64,000 bases of DNA from Euryarchaeota archaeon UBA19 (GTDB taxonomy: Archaea; Thermoplasmatota; Poseidoniia; Poseidoniales; Thalassarchaeaceae). Below are positions 19,664 to 29,669 of this stretch, piece by piece. Each line of letters starts with the position of its first letter. Within the stretch, counting starts at the first letter, position 1. The notes under the pieces were generated by a model. The model was not told the origin of the DNA, did no database searches, and was given only the letters and a program-made list of their open reading frames with translations. Made by a program: the position numbers and the translations under genes. The stretch is from positions 7,784 to 71,783 of the forward strand of contig DAPQ01000060.1 of the NCBI GenBank assembly GCA_002502175.1, in the 5' to 3' direction.

Positions 19664-19754
19664 TCAACGACTGTCAAATATCCATACTAAATCATTTGAG
19701 AGACCGAATGATTAGCCGTTGAGTTCATTTTCTAAATTAGTCTCGCCACCAAAG

Positions 19755-20516
19755 ATGACCGAGCCTCGTCGTCATATCCATCTTGAACACGATGGTAAAT
19801 TACTCCTAGTAGATCTACAAGGAAAAGGACCCGCAATACCTCAAATGGGAAGAAAAGGAGATGGCGGATTCTCGATTCGCCTCCCAACTCCTGAAGAAGC
19901 GAAAGGAATGGGTTTGACCTGGAATACTAAGCGAACTAATCGATTTAGATTAGGACAAGAAATGCATGAGGTTATTGTCGCTACTCCTGAAATTACTTGG
20001 CCTGGAGAGTGGGCCTGGAAAGATGCTGTGATTAGCGACAGTGAGGTTGACCCTGTGGCTAGAGAATCTGTATATCGGACTCTACATAGAGTAGTCAGCA
20101 AAGTTGTAATTACTAATCCATCTAATCAGATACTTATGGCAAAAGTAACTCGAGGATTTTTCACAGGCTGTTGGACCTTACCGGGAGGTTTTGTCGACTA
20201 TGGCGAGCATCCTAGAGTGGGAGCTGAACGTGAAGCATTGGAAGAACTGGGAATCGACATTCGCATACCAGACCCTATTGGGGAGTCGAGTGAGGGGTAT
20301 GGCACAAACTCCGAGTCAATTGTCCGACAGGAGATTTTCACGCCTGATGGTATTTGTTGGCTTTCATTTACGTACAAATGTGAGGCGGATATTCCAGCAG
20401 AGAAAATAGTACCAAAAGATGATGAAATAGAGGAAGCAAAATGGTTTGATAAACAGGAAGCATTATCCGTAGCCGTTTCCCTTTTTGATATTGAAGCCAT
20501 AGAGAAATTCATTTGA
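19755..20516 (+). CDS. NUDIX hydrolase with N-terminal extension
   Basis: Nudix box PGGFVDYGEHPRVGAEREALEELG. Confidence 0.85.
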   Translation: MTEPRRHIHLEHDGKLLLVDLQGKGPAIPQMGRKGDGGFSIRLPTPEEAKGMGLTWNTKRTNRFRLGQEMHEVIVATPEITWPGEWAWKDAVISDSEVDPVARESVYRTLHRVVSKVVITNPSNQILMAKVTRGFFTGCWTLPGGFVDYGEHPRVGAEREALEELGIDIRIPDPIGESSEGYGTNSESIVRQEIFTPDGICWLSFTYKCEADIPAEKIVPKDDEIEEAKWFDKQEALSVAVSLFDIEAIEKFI

Positions 20517-20549
20517 TAATTTTACCGCTTTCGCCGATTAGAGAAGAAG

Positions 20550-20627
20550 TGGTGGGCCTGCCTGGATTTGAACCAGGGTCAAATGGTCCCAAACCATCTA
20601 GCATAGGCCAGACTAACCCACAGGCCC
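20550..20627 (-). tRNA. tRNA-Pro (anticodon UGG), CCA encoded, no intron
   Basis: Minus strand GGGCCTG...GATGG-TTTGGGA-CCATT...GGTTCAAATCC...CAGGCCCACCA forms a cloverleaf. Confidence 0.95.
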
Positions 20628-20664
20628 GTGAGTAACATGGCCACCTAAGTCGACTTTATGGAGT

Positions 20665-21102
20665 TCACGCTAACCATTTCCACTCATCTTGAGCAGTTCT
20701 TTGGACCACTCCCTGTAATTCCGCCATACCAATAATTTGTTCAGGAGATGGTTCTGTAACTCCTTCTGTTTCTAGACTTACTCGCAATGATTTCAGAGTT
20801 AACACACCTCTTTCATCTGTAGATTGTTTCAGTATTCTGAGAATCATTCCAGCATTTGCCCTATCCCTTGTCTTCAATTGTTTACGCTTTTTTTCGTTTA
20901 ATTTTGCCTCTATCTCTTGACTAATTTCTGAAGGTAGGTTGGCGTTTGCGACCGCTTCGGTTAATTTAGCAGGATCTGTGAATACCGCAGTTGTTGTGAT
21001 TTGGCTAGATTCGCCACATCTACTGCAGGATGCTTGAGTTCCTTGTCTAGCCCCAAACGATTGGCCGCATTTGCATCGAAGTAGTAGCCAATTACTCGCC
21101 AT
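20665..21102 (-). CDS. Hypothetical protein with N-terminal zinc ribbon and possible C-terminal winged helix
   Basis: CKCG...CSRC; C-terminal helices ending in GVVQRTAQDEWKW. Confidence 0.65.
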   Translation of the reverse strand: MASNWLLLRCKCGQSFGARQGTQASCSRCGESSQITTTAVFTDPAKLTEAVANANLPSEISQEIEAKLNEKKRKQLKTRDRANAGMILRILKQSTDERGVLTLKSLRVSLETEGVTEPSPEQIIGMAELQGVVQRTAQDEWKWLA

Positions 21103-21133
21103 AGCCTTTGCTGAAAAGTGATGGTTCAATATA

Positions 21134-21499
21134 TTGTCTTGGGGCTATAGAAGCCGAATTAGGATTCTAATTGAAGAAATTAAGCGTATCCCTAATGATG
21201 CAGGACCATTGGGGGTTAACGTGCAAAACGCTCGAATTGTCTTCGGTTGGTTGGCATTTCTTATTCTAATCGTCTTTTCGATTTACTCATTTTTCGAATC
21301 CGGCTCTATAACTATCGAGGCATGGATTTCGTTACTTCTTTCTCCTGCGGCCCTTGCATTCGCACTTAATCGAAGCAAATGGTGGGAAAGAGATACTATT
21401 CACCCTACAACAATAATAGAGGAAGAAAGTGTAGAGACATCTTCAAAAAAAGAAGTCCCAAATCCGGAAGAGGATGGATTCGATATCCCTGTAATGTAA
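21134..21499 (+). CDS. Small two-TM membrane protein; start probably GTG 21221
   Basis: Two hydrophobic helices and an acidic tail ending in PNPEEDGFDIPVM. Confidence 0.65.
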   Translation: MSWGYRSRIRILIEEIKRIPNDAGPLGVNVQNARIVFGWLAFLILIVFSIYSFFESGSITIEAWISLLLSPAALAFALNRSKWWERDTIHPTTIIEEESVETSSKKEVPNPEEDGFDIPVM

Positions 21500-21509
21500 G
21501 GGAAATCGG

Positions 21510-22727
21510 TCAATTGCCCCAATATGCTTCCCGCATGGCTTGATTGGCTTCCATACATGCAACAACATCTGCAGGACGCTGTGGCATAGAATCAATTCCT
21601 GCTAAGTGATTATACAAAGGTTGTATGTTGGATAAATTGACAACACCCCATCCAACTTGTGTACAAGGAGCAACAGGTGAAATTGGCAATGTGCCCGAAG
21701 TTGGATCCCATGTTGATGCACTAGGATACCACGCGGACAAATTTAGTGCATCACGGATATCGTCATTGGAGATGGAAAGATTTGTGCCGTTAACAAGTAA
21801 ACCACTTCTTTCTTCTGAAGCGCCACTCATTAGGTCTCCTGAATCTTCTCGTAACATAGTCAATACCATGCTAAGAATTCCTGCTGTCCTAGGTGTAGCA
21901 AAAGAGGTACCAGATGTTTGATGGTATCCATCTATGTCGTCATGATTAGGTAGCATCTGAGTCCAATCAGCGGCAATATCTGGATAAGAACCACTCATAG
22001 TTTCCTTTTGGTCATCTTCCTCTTCCGCATATCCAGATACACCAATTGACCAAGGAGGGCCGGCGGTGGGGTCTTGCACTGCGGGAGAAGGAGTATTGTC
22101 TGCAGCTCCAGTGTGGATTTTCTTATTTTCAACGACCGCAACTCTCGTTGAGTCCTCGATTCCAGGCACTGGAATTGAACCAATTGGGCCAAATGAAGTA
22201 GTGATTATGTCCACTAGGGGTTGGTTGGCGGCAGCTAATACTGCAGCGTCACTAAATCCTTCGACAAAGAAAATTATCGCGTCAGGGTTAGCATCCAATA
22301 CTGCGCCAGTAACTGCGGTTCCATGACCATCAGAAGGATCGTCTAGGATAGGGATGTCCGTCCCGTCATCTGGTGTTGTAGCAATTATTCTGGTGCCGGG
22401 AAAATACACTATATCCGAGGAAGTTATTACATCCCAACAAGTTTCCCTGTCGGCCTCGTATCGTTCTTCCCATGTGCCCTCCGTAGTGATATTACACCAC
22501 ATAGTTACGCCTAGCCCATCCAACATCCAGTCTGGTAGAGTCTCATTTAAGACGAAATGATTGTGATAAACATTGATTCCAGTATCAATTGGAGCAACTA
22601 TACTGTACGCATTGGTAGTTTGTTCGTCAATAATTTCTACTTCATCGGGGTCATTAGTATGTATACAACCCACAAGTGCTGAGGATAGCAGTACCAATGA
22701 GACAACGGCCCAGGGTGCAACCCTCAT
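21510..22727 (-). CDS. S8 subtilisin-like serine peptidase, lipoprotein
   Basis: Lipobox LVGC; catalytic triad motifs IDTG, HGTAV, SGTSFATP. Confidence 0.9.
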   Translation of the reverse strand: MRVAPWAVVSLVLLSSALVGCIHTNDPDEVEIIDEQTTNAYSIVAPIDTGINVYHNHFVLNETLPDWMLDGLGVTMWCNITTEGTWEERYEADRETCWDVITSSDIVYFPGTRIIATTPDDGTDIPILDDPSDGHGTAVTGAVLDANPDAIIFFVEGFSDAAVLAAANQPLVDIITTSFGPIGSIPVPGIEDSTRVAVVENKKIHTGAADNTPSPAVQDPTAGPPWSIGVSGYAEEEDDQKETMSGSYPDIAADWTQMLPNHDDIDGYHQTSGTSFATPRTAGILSMVLTMLREDSGDLMSGASEERSGLLVNGTNLSISNDDIRDALNLSAWYPSASTWDPTSGTLPISPVAPCTQVGWGVVNLSNIQPLYNHLAGIDSMPQRPADVVACMEANQAMREAYWGN

Positions 22728-22785
22728 GACTCATCGGCTAAGGCGAATATGTTTGAGGTTGATGTATAGTTGTCAAAGTCAAAAT

Positions 22786-24702
22786 TTACTTCAATCTAAG
22801 AGTTTCAAGGTTTGCCGGAGCATAGGTTTGAACCCTAAATTCATCTCTTAGACCTTGCCGGAATGCATTGCATGTTTTAGCGTCTCCATGATGGCAGATT
22901 ATTTTCCTAGGCGTAGGGTTCAATGCTTTCACATAATCCATTAATTGTCGCCTGTCAGAGTGCCCACTGAATCCATCAATTGTTACAACATTACAGGCAA
23001 CAGGGACCATGTGGGTTTGTCCCTTGTCCATTAGTGGAACCTCTGCATGGCCTTGTTGTAGTCTGCGTCCAAGAGTTCCAGAGGCTTGATATCCAACAAA
23101 ACATAATGTGTTATTTGTTTCAGGAGCCCAGTGCTTGAAATATTCGATTATGGGTCCTCCGGTCATCATTCCTGAAGTTGCCAAGACGATACATGGAGAT
23201 GGGTCGTAAAGTAATTTTTCTCTTTGTTCTCTACTATCTACCTGCTTGAACCAACTTGAATTGAATGGATTTTCTTCACCCCCCTTCAATACCTTACTAC
23301 GTAATTCACGATTGAGGAAATCCGGGTGGCTAGCGTGAATTGCGGTTGCCTCTGCAATCATTCCATCCAAATAAACTGTTACCGGTTTAATCTCGCCGGA
23401 TTTGAACAATTGATCTATTGCAATCATCACCTCTTGCGAACGTCCTACTGCGAATACTGGACAGAATATTTTACCTCCCCTCGAGAGAGCTAATTTTACC
23501 AAATCTTGCAATTCCTGTGTAGCGTCTGCTCGATTTGGTTGGAAATCTTGCGCGCCTCCGTATGTTGATTCGATAACTAAGGTCTCGACCTTTTGGAACC
23601 TTACTGTTGCAGCATCAAATAACCATGATCTTTCGTATTTGATGTCACCTGAGAAGAGCAATCTATGTTCAGAATTTCCTTCTCCAATCTGCATGTAAAC
23701 ACTAGATGAACCAAGGATATGTCCTGCGTTTTCGAGAGTGATTTTTACATCTGGAGCAATATCTGTCTTATCGCCCCAGCGAATGTCAACAACGTGTTTG
23801 ATACATTCTTGTATATCCGCCTTTGAATAAGGTGGATCTGCGCCTTCTGCTTGGGAGACTTTGATGTAATCCATCTGCAATAATGTCATCAAATCCCTAG
23901 TTGGTGGTGTGCAATATACCGGCCCTCGATATCCATACCGGAATAGAACTGGAAGCATGGCTATGTGGTCAACGTGAGCATGGGTTAGTACGATTGCATC
24001 GAGATTATCTAAAGGAAGTAATTCTGGTGCATTGAAGAATGGCTGAACTTCACTACGATTCATCGTTGGCTTAGCACCACAATCAACGAGAACTCGTGAT
24101 TCATTTGTTGTAACCAAATGCATTGCTCGGCCAACTTCTCGATATGAACCTAAAGCGGTCAGTCTAACCCATGGTTCCCCAGCTCTTTTTGGACGATAAA
24201 TTCGGGTACCAAATTTCCTCAATAGGGATTTTCTTTCATCGGCTAATTCTTTTCGATATCTTCGGATATCATGTTGAGTTCGGCTCTCAAAGGCCGGAGC
24301 GCGTTCTACCGATATTAACCAGCCAATTTCATCTCTGAGATTTTTGATATTGATTCCCTTAGGGCCTACAGCAGAAGCAGGATCGTCACATTCCAGAGTA
24401 ACTTCGGATAATGCAGGGTCGAGCCAAACATTCCTCACCTCAGCCTCAGGTGGAATAATTTCGTTTACCTTTTGCCGTACTGTATCTTCATCGGCGAGAA
24501 TATCAGAGTGCGGTCTTACGATTACCCTACGCTTGACATTTTTCGCAATTTTTACGGTCAATGATTGGCCAGCGCCCCCGAAGGCTTCTGGTTGCTTTGT
24601 AATAATTGCAATCGAACCTGCCTCTACATCTACATCATAGTCGATGTTTTCAGGTACTAACTTGGATACCCTTTGTTTTACTTCTGTCAATGTTAATCTC
24701 AT
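22786..24702 (-). CDS. fttA: beta-CASP ribonuclease aCPSF1 / transcription termination factor FttA
   Basis: N-terminal KH domains, THAHVDH, AGHILGS, FAVGRSQE, GFSGHSD; adjacent to psmB as is usual in archaea. Confidence 0.95.
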   Translation of the reverse strand: MRLTLTEVKQRVSKLVPENIDYDVDVEAGSIAIITKQPEAFGGAGQSLTVKIAKNVKRRVIVRPHSDILADEDTVRQKVNEIIPPEAEVRNVWLDPALSEVTLECDDPASAVGPKGINIKNLRDEIGWLISVERAPAFESRTQHDIRRYRKELADERKSLLRKFGTRIYRPKRAGEPWVRLTALGSYREVGRAMHLVTTNESRVLVDCGAKPTMNRSEVQPFFNAPELLPLDNLDAIVLTHAHVDHIAMLPVLFRYGYRGPVYCTPPTRDLMTLLQMDYIKVSQAEGADPPYSKADIQECIKHVVDIRWGDKTDIAPDVKITLENAGHILGSSSVYMQIGEGNSEHRLLFSGDIKYERSWLFDAATVRFQKVETLVIESTYGGAQDFQPNRADATQELQDLVKLALSRGGKIFCPVFAVGRSQEVMIAIDQLFKSGEIKPVTVYLDGMIAEATAIHASHPDFLNRELRSKVLKGGEENPFNSSWFKQVDSREQREKLLYDPSPCIVLATSGMMTGGPIIEYFKHWAPETNNTLCFVGYQASGTLGRRLQQGHAEVPLMDKGQTHMVPVACNVVTIDGFSGHSDRRQLMDYVKALNPTPRKIICHHGDAKTCNAFRQGLRDEFRVQTYAPANLETLRLK

Positions 24703-24784
24703 TATTCACACCTCAATTGAGGAACTCCACCCTCTACCAAAAACCTCGAAATGAGGTTGTAAGGCTAAATGCCGTGGAGTTTGT

Positions 24785-25411
24785 CTACAATTTGGAAAGC
24801 AGGTCTGAGACCTCTTTCTCTGTTAGCTGTTGGTAGCCTGCATCTTTTGTAATTACTGCAAGATCCATGCCATTTCCGCTTGCTGCATCTCTTTGTGCCG
24901 ATGCCAAGAGGGCCTTTGCGGCTACCTTTAGTGCTTGATTCTGATTCATACCATCCTTGTACTGGTCTTCTAGGACACCGTACATGAATGGGCTTCCTGA
25001 ACCGGTGGCGCAGTAAACGTCTGGAATTGAGCCACCTGCTGAGTCTATCGAATACACACTCGGACCATCTTCATCGGTTCCAACAATCAATAGTTGAACA
25101 TAGTGTGGTCTACCCACTAGTATGTTAGCAGTTAATGTAGCAGCACCTCGGACAGTCATTGGAGCGTTACGCTTCAGTTCGTATAGCCTCAATTCTGCTG
25201 CAAGGGTTCGTGAAAGTGATTGGGCATGTCCTACAAGACCTGCAGTAGTGAGGGCGACGTTATTTGAAATTTTGAACAACTTCTTGACGCTCTTGTTTGC
25301 AATAAAGTGTCCCATAGTTGCTCTATGGTCTGCTCCGACTACAACACCTCCGTCGAATGTTATGCCAACAGTGCTAGTTCCGGTCTTGACGGCGTCTGCT
25401 TCTGCGTTCAT
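24785..25411 (-). CDS. psmB: Proteasome subunit beta
   Basis: Propeptide then KTG/TSTVG; ADHRAT, TGSGSP, QRDAASG. Confidence 0.96.
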   Translation of the reverse strand: MNAEADAVKTGTSTVGITFDGGVVVGADHRATMGHFIANKSVKKLFKISNNVALTTAGLVGHAQSLSRTLAAELRLYELKRNAPMTVRGAATLTANILVGRPHYVQLLIVGTDEDGPSVYSIDSAGGSIPDVYCATGSGSPFMYGVLEDQYKDGMNQNQALKVAAKALLASAQRDAASGNGMDLAVITKDAGYQQLTEKEVSDLLSKL

Positions 25412-25616
25412 CTGATTTCACCGCACGGAGAGTTCCCTGCGGATTGCACTCAAATCCGGCCCCTTATCAATCCGACGGGGTGTTAGTGAGGGAATGTGCT
25501 CAAACTTGTAATTAGGCCTCGAGCGAAAATGTCTCTTTCAACATAGGTCATTAATTGGGTATTTCCATCCAACATTAACCGTATTACTGAAAGAGCCTAC
25601 CACTCCGGAATGAATT

Positions 25617-26024
25617 ATGGCGAAGCCTACTAGGTCCGAACCCAAATGGATCGAGATGCCTAGTTTACCTTCTCAGTCTCGCGACTTTTCGTTAGATCCA
25701 GGTCAAGATTACCATGACTTGGGTGAGCTATACGCAGATGCGCCAGTGGCTAGAGGAATGGGCGATGTTATTGTTCACAGAGCCATTTTAGATGATATTA
25801 CAGGAATTCCTAAACTACTAGATTGGTTATCCGATGGTGATATCGTAATATTAGAAATGTCGCGCTTAATCACAGTTGAAACCGAATTAAGAATTGCAGT
25901 AGATAGAATCCAATCTTTTGTAGAAACCGACTTATCAGGAGAAGTGATTAGATTGGGCACCTCAAGATTGTTACTCTTACCATCAACATTTGCTATATCC
26001 GAGGAGCAAAATACTGCTTACTGA
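25617..26024 (+). CDS. sepF: Archaeal SepF-like cell division protein
   Basis: LSDGDIVILEM...GEVIRLG..LLLLP; adjacent to ZPR1 as in many archaea. Confidence 0.7.
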   Translation: MAKPTRSEPKWIEMPSLPSQSRDFSLDPGQDYHDLGELYADAPVARGMGDVIVHRAILDDITGIPKLLDWLSDGDIVILEMSRLITVETELRIAVDRIQSFVETDLSGEVIRLGTSRLLLLPSTFAISEEQNTAY

Positions 26025-26027
26025 GGT

Positions 26028-26639
26028 GTGAATTTGGAAAGCTCTCTTGATTATCCTTGTCCAATTTGTAATGCACAGAATGGATTAATTCTCAATGTTC
26101 ACACCTCAGAAATACCATACTTTGGCGAACACACAGAGATGACTATCATTTGCAATGAGTGCGGTTGGAGGCACACCGATTTCATACCCTCGGAAGGAAA
26201 AAAGCCAAGCGTCTGGTCACTGGTTATCGACAATTCAGAGTTAATGACTACCAGAGTGGTTAGATCCTCATCATGCACAGTGAGAATTGTCGAATTGGGC
26301 TTGGAAGTAGAACCAGGCGATAATGCAACAGGGTATATTTCCAATGTAGAAGGAGTGCTAAAGCGGTTTTCCGATGCTATCTCAATGATACAACGTGGTG
26401 CAATACGAGATGGTCAAGAAGGAAAAGAAAAAGTTGAATCCTGTCAAGAATTAATTGACAGAATATCTAGAGTCAAGAATGGGAAAGAGACTGTTGAACT
26501 ATTGTTACTAGATCCGAATGGGCATTCTCAAATCTTGCATGAATCGGCTACATCAACAGAGTTGTCCGAAGAAGAAATCGCAGCCTTAGCCACAGGCCCT
26601 CAGATACCCATTTTCGATTCAAGCGACTTTGAAGAATAG
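26028..26639 (+). CDS. ZPR1 zinc-finger domain protein
   Basis: CPIC...IPYFG...CNECG, RVVRSS, GYISNVEGVL, DPNGHS. Confidence 0.92.
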   Translation: MNLESSLDYPCPICNAQNGLILNVHTSEIPYFGEHTEMTIICNECGWRHTDFIPSEGKKPSVWSLVIDNSELMTTRVVRSSSCTVRIVELGLEVEPGDNATGYISNVEGVLKRFSDAISMIQRGAIRDGQEGKEKVESCQELIDRISRVKNGKETVELLLLDPNGHSQILHESATSTELSEEEIAALATGPQIPIFDSSDFEE

Positions 26640-26643
26640 TCCC

Positions 26644-28044
26644 TTATTTTGCGTCGGGCGCTAGGAATTCCTCAAGGCGTCCTTCCCACATATCTCTCTT
26701 ATCGGCTAATTGAGAAAGCCATTCGCTTGCTCTATCGATACAAATCTGCTTCATTTCTCCAGCCAATAGTTTTCCAGATTCGTATTCTCTGGCAATCCTT
26801 GTTAATTCAGAGTCGTCCTCTTCAAAGAAGAATTGTAAATATTGGAATGCAACATCCTTGGAACAATCGCCACCGAGTCTTCTATGTTCCTCTACAGTTG
26901 GTTGACCCCCACTAAACGCCCGCTTTACCTTCTTGCTCATCTCATCGTGAGTATCGTCCATGAAAATTGTAGTTTGTGGCTTAGAGGATGACATCTTATC
27001 TCCAGTAAGCCCAATTGCAAATCTGTGGTAGGTAGAACTTGGAGGCATTAGGCCCATCCCACCCATCTGACGTTCGAGTCTAAGTACACACATTCGGACC
27101 TGAGCTATATCGGAGGTATTTGCGCCAGGAATGTCCAATGTTCCATGTTTTGGATTTGAAATTAAATCAGAGTAACCCATTGGGGCTAATGACCCCTTTA
27201 GTCTATCAAAAATTGACTCCCTTACCTGTCTATCCACCCGACCATTTGGCGAAACTCCGAAGGCTTCTGAGTTACTATCCTGAACGGATAGAGAAACTGT
27301 CAAACCTCCTGATTTTCTCGGTTTTACGTTAAACCAATGGGTTTTCCCTGCAATACCTCTAGTCAGCCGTAAATGAGGGTCTTGGTCAACTCCAACTGGC
27401 ACTACGATAGGTCGCAATCCTCCAAATTCTTCCAATTGCGGATGAATAATATCTCCAACCTGAACCAAAGGTGCTTGCACATGTGCTAAATTAGTGTCAC
27501 CTTTGAAGCCATAAATCGCTTCAAATTCAGAAAGATTTGTTCTTCGCCCCAAAGAAAACGCAAGTCTCTGAACTTCGGGTCGACCACTTTGAAAATACAC
27601 ATTGGTAGTTTTTGGGTCAAGACCGAGTGCAGCGTAATTGTGGACATATTCCTTTAGAGCTGTTTTTCTTCCTTCTTCAAGGCTGGTTCCTCTAGTAGCT
27701 AATGCTTCAAGGTCGGCTACTGTTACAGTGATATCAGCACCTTGTTCCTGAAACCATCTAACTTGCTCGATAACCATTGAATGACCTAGGTGCATCCTCC
27801 CGCTGGGCATGAGACCTGTCAATACACCAAATGGGTCCGAGCGCTCCATGCATCCAGTGACAACATCGAGATCTCTATGTGCGAAAATAATCCCCCTACG
27901 ATGTAGCATACTTGGATTAGGAACTTGAGTTAGATCTAGACTCTCTAAGCCGAATTGGTCACGTATCCGAGCATAATCTGTAGATTGCTCCGAGGACCAA
28001 GGATCGATGCGACCGGCGTTTCCCACACCCATACGAGAATACAC
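26644..28044 (-). CDS. trpS: Tryptophan--tRNA ligase
   Basis: GLMPSGRMHLGH (HIGH), VPVGVDQDPH, KMSSS. Confidence 0.95.
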   Translation of the reverse strand: MYSRMGVGNAGRIDPWSSEQSTDYARIRDQFGLESLDLTQVPNPSMLHRRGIIFAHRDLDVVTGCMERSDPFGVLTGLMPSGRMHLGHSMVIEQVRWFQEQGADITVTVADLEALATRGTSLEEGRKTALKEYVHNYAALGLDPKTTNVYFQSGRPEVQRLAFSLGRRTNLSEFEAIYGFKGDTNLAHVQAPLVQVGDIIHPQLEEFGGLRPIVVPVGVDQDPHLRLTRGIAGKTHWFNVKPRKSGGLTVSLSVQDSNSEAFGVSPNGRVDRQVRESIFDRLKGSLAPMGYSDLISNPKHGTLDIPGANTSDIAQVRMCVLRLERQMGGMGLMPPSSTYHRFAIGLTGDKMSSSKPQTTIFMDDTHDEMSKKVKRAFSGGQPTVEEHRRLGGDCSKDVAFQYLQFFFEEDDSELTRIAREYESGKLLAGEMKQICIDRASEWLSQLADKRDMWEGRLEEFLAPDAK

Positions 28045-28125
28045 TCCTCAATCAACTAATCGCCCATATAATGCGACAAATGCTCGACTGCAACTAATCA
28101 AGAACTAAACCGGCTTGGGGTAATT

Positions 28126-29187
28126 ATGGCGGTTGTACATTGTCTAGGGACTGGATTGGTCGGTGCGTGGGTTGCAAAGCGTCTAGCAACACTTGGACAC
28201 GAAGTTCACGCCTATGACCTTCAGCCGCATCGAGTCATGGGGATTGATGGAATTACGGTACATCAAGGAGATGTATTGGATAATTTGATGTCAATGAGCA
28301 ATAATGCTCAGGTTGACATGGTTGTGAATATGTTACCGGGCGATATTGGGCATATGGCAACGACAGATCTCGCTGAAAGTAGGTATCGCGTGGTGGATTT
28401 AAGTTTCAGTAAACATACACCCGATAGAGATAATCAAAAGGCTCAGGATTACGGAGCAAGAATCCTTTGGGATGTTGGTATAGCACCCGGTTTATCGAAT
28501 ATGTTGCTAGCCGTCGCGGATAGGAAAATTGGACCTTTGGAAAAAGCTGAAGTTTGGGTAGGTGGAAACCCAACCGGGCCATATGGTGAATGGAAGTATA
28601 TGGCACCATTTTCCCCCATAGATGTAATTGCAGAATACACTAGGCCGGCGAGGGTGATTCGAGAAGGAGAAGAAGTGATTCTTCCTGCGTTAACGCAACG
28701 TCATATGATAGATACCGGAGAACACGGTGAAATGGAGGCTTTTCTTACAGATGGTTTACGTTCCGTGCTGAAATCTATTCCTGCATTTGAGATGTCTGAA
28801 TTCACCGTACGATGGCCGGGTCATATCCAGAAATTTATAGACGAAAGGGAAACTGGAGAATTGAACGAAGAGGAATTAATTTGGGAGTGGAATTATGATC
28901 ATAAAATTCCTGAATTTACTTGGATGAAGGTTAGAACTCAGTCAAGAACCGGTGAAGTCATGGAATGGGAAGTTGAGGATCATGGGGGCGACGATGGTCA
29001 TTCTATGGCCCGAGCAACCGGAATGGTGACTGCATGTTGTGTAGAAGCATGGTTGAAAAATCCAGATATGTTACCTGTAGGTGTCCACGCACCAGAAGTA
29101 TTGGGAAACCATACAATTTCCCAAATAATACGAGCTATGAAACTCAATAACGTACGAATAGACGGCCCTGAAATATCGTTAGAATAG
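28126..29187 (+). CDS. Saccharopine/lysine 6-dehydrogenase family oxidoreductase
   Basis: LGTGLVG, DVGIAPGLSN, EYTRPAR, EAFLTDGLRS, TVRWPGH, SMARATG. Confidence 0.85.
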   Translation: MAVVHCLGTGLVGAWVAKRLATLGHEVHAYDLQPHRVMGIDGITVHQGDVLDNLMSMSNNAQVDMVVNMLPGDIGHMATTDLAESRYRVVDLSFSKHTPDRDNQKAQDYGARILWDVGIAPGLSNMLLAVADRKIGPLEKAEVWVGGNPTGPYGEWKYMAPFSPIDVIAEYTRPARVIREGEEVILPALTQRHMIDTGEHGEMEAFLTDGLRSVLKSIPAFEMSEFTVRWPGHIQKFIDERETGELNEEELIWEWNYDHKIPEFTWMKVRTQSRTGEVMEWEVEDHGGDDGHSMARATGMVTACCVEAWLKNPDMLPVGVHAPEVLGNHTISQIIRAMKLNNVRIDGPEISLE

Positions 29188-29255
29188 TTGGAATTAGTAT
29201 AACTTTATTTTTACGCGAACAAGATAATAAGTGTGAAGAAATACAGGTTGTTCTT

Positions 29256-29669
29256 ATGGTATCGAACGATGTCCACAAGGTGGATACTAATCGCTCCAGT
29301 CTTGGCAGGATAATGTGGTTTAGTTTGGGACTATTTTTCACTGCTTTAGGACTAATAGGTATCCCTGTACCTGGACTTCCAACCACTCCTTTTATGATTT
29401 TAGCCGCAGCTTGTTTTGCTAAATCAAGTCAGAAATTCTACGACTGGGTGATTAACAACAAAATATTTGGTACGCATGTGAAGAATTATCGTGAAACCGG
29501 AGGGATACCAAGAAAAACAAAAAGCATAATATTGACCACAATGTGGATTTTTGTATTATTTGCGATACTAATTGCAATTCCCGATTCTGCCCCTCAAATA
29601 TCACGAATTACAACATTTGTATTAGCCTTGATTGGTACGTTGTATATCGTTAAAATCCCTCCACTATAG
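29256..29669 (+). CDS. YbaN (DUF454) family membrane protein
   Basis: GIPVPGLPTTPFMILAAACFAKSS. Confidence 0.9.
   Translation: MVSNDVHKVDTNRSSLGRIMWFSLGLFFTALGLIGIPVPGLPTTPFMILAAACFAKSSQKFYDWVINNKIFGTHVKNYRETGGIPRKTKSIILTTMWIFVLFAILIAIPDSAPQISRITTFVLALIGTLYIVKIPPL

Noticed and set aside
20550-20627. tRNA-Pro (and tRNA-Lys at 58859..58932) as integration sites
   Set aside because: No integrase, and I saw no duplicated tRNA 3' end in the window; flanking genes are ordinary chromosomal genes
24711-24758. CCTCAATTGAGG palindrome and AACCTC/GAGGTT stem between psmB and aCPSF1
   Set aside because: Short, partly explained by the SD sequence, and not repeated elsewhere in the window as far as I could see
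22786-26639. psmB-aCPSF1 and sepF-ZPR1 gene pairs
   Set aside because: Well-known conserved archaeal neighbourhoods, not novel
27060-27340. Insertion in TrpRS before the KMSSS region
   Set aside because: Similar inserts are common in euryarchaeal TrpRS as I recall; catalytic motifs are intact
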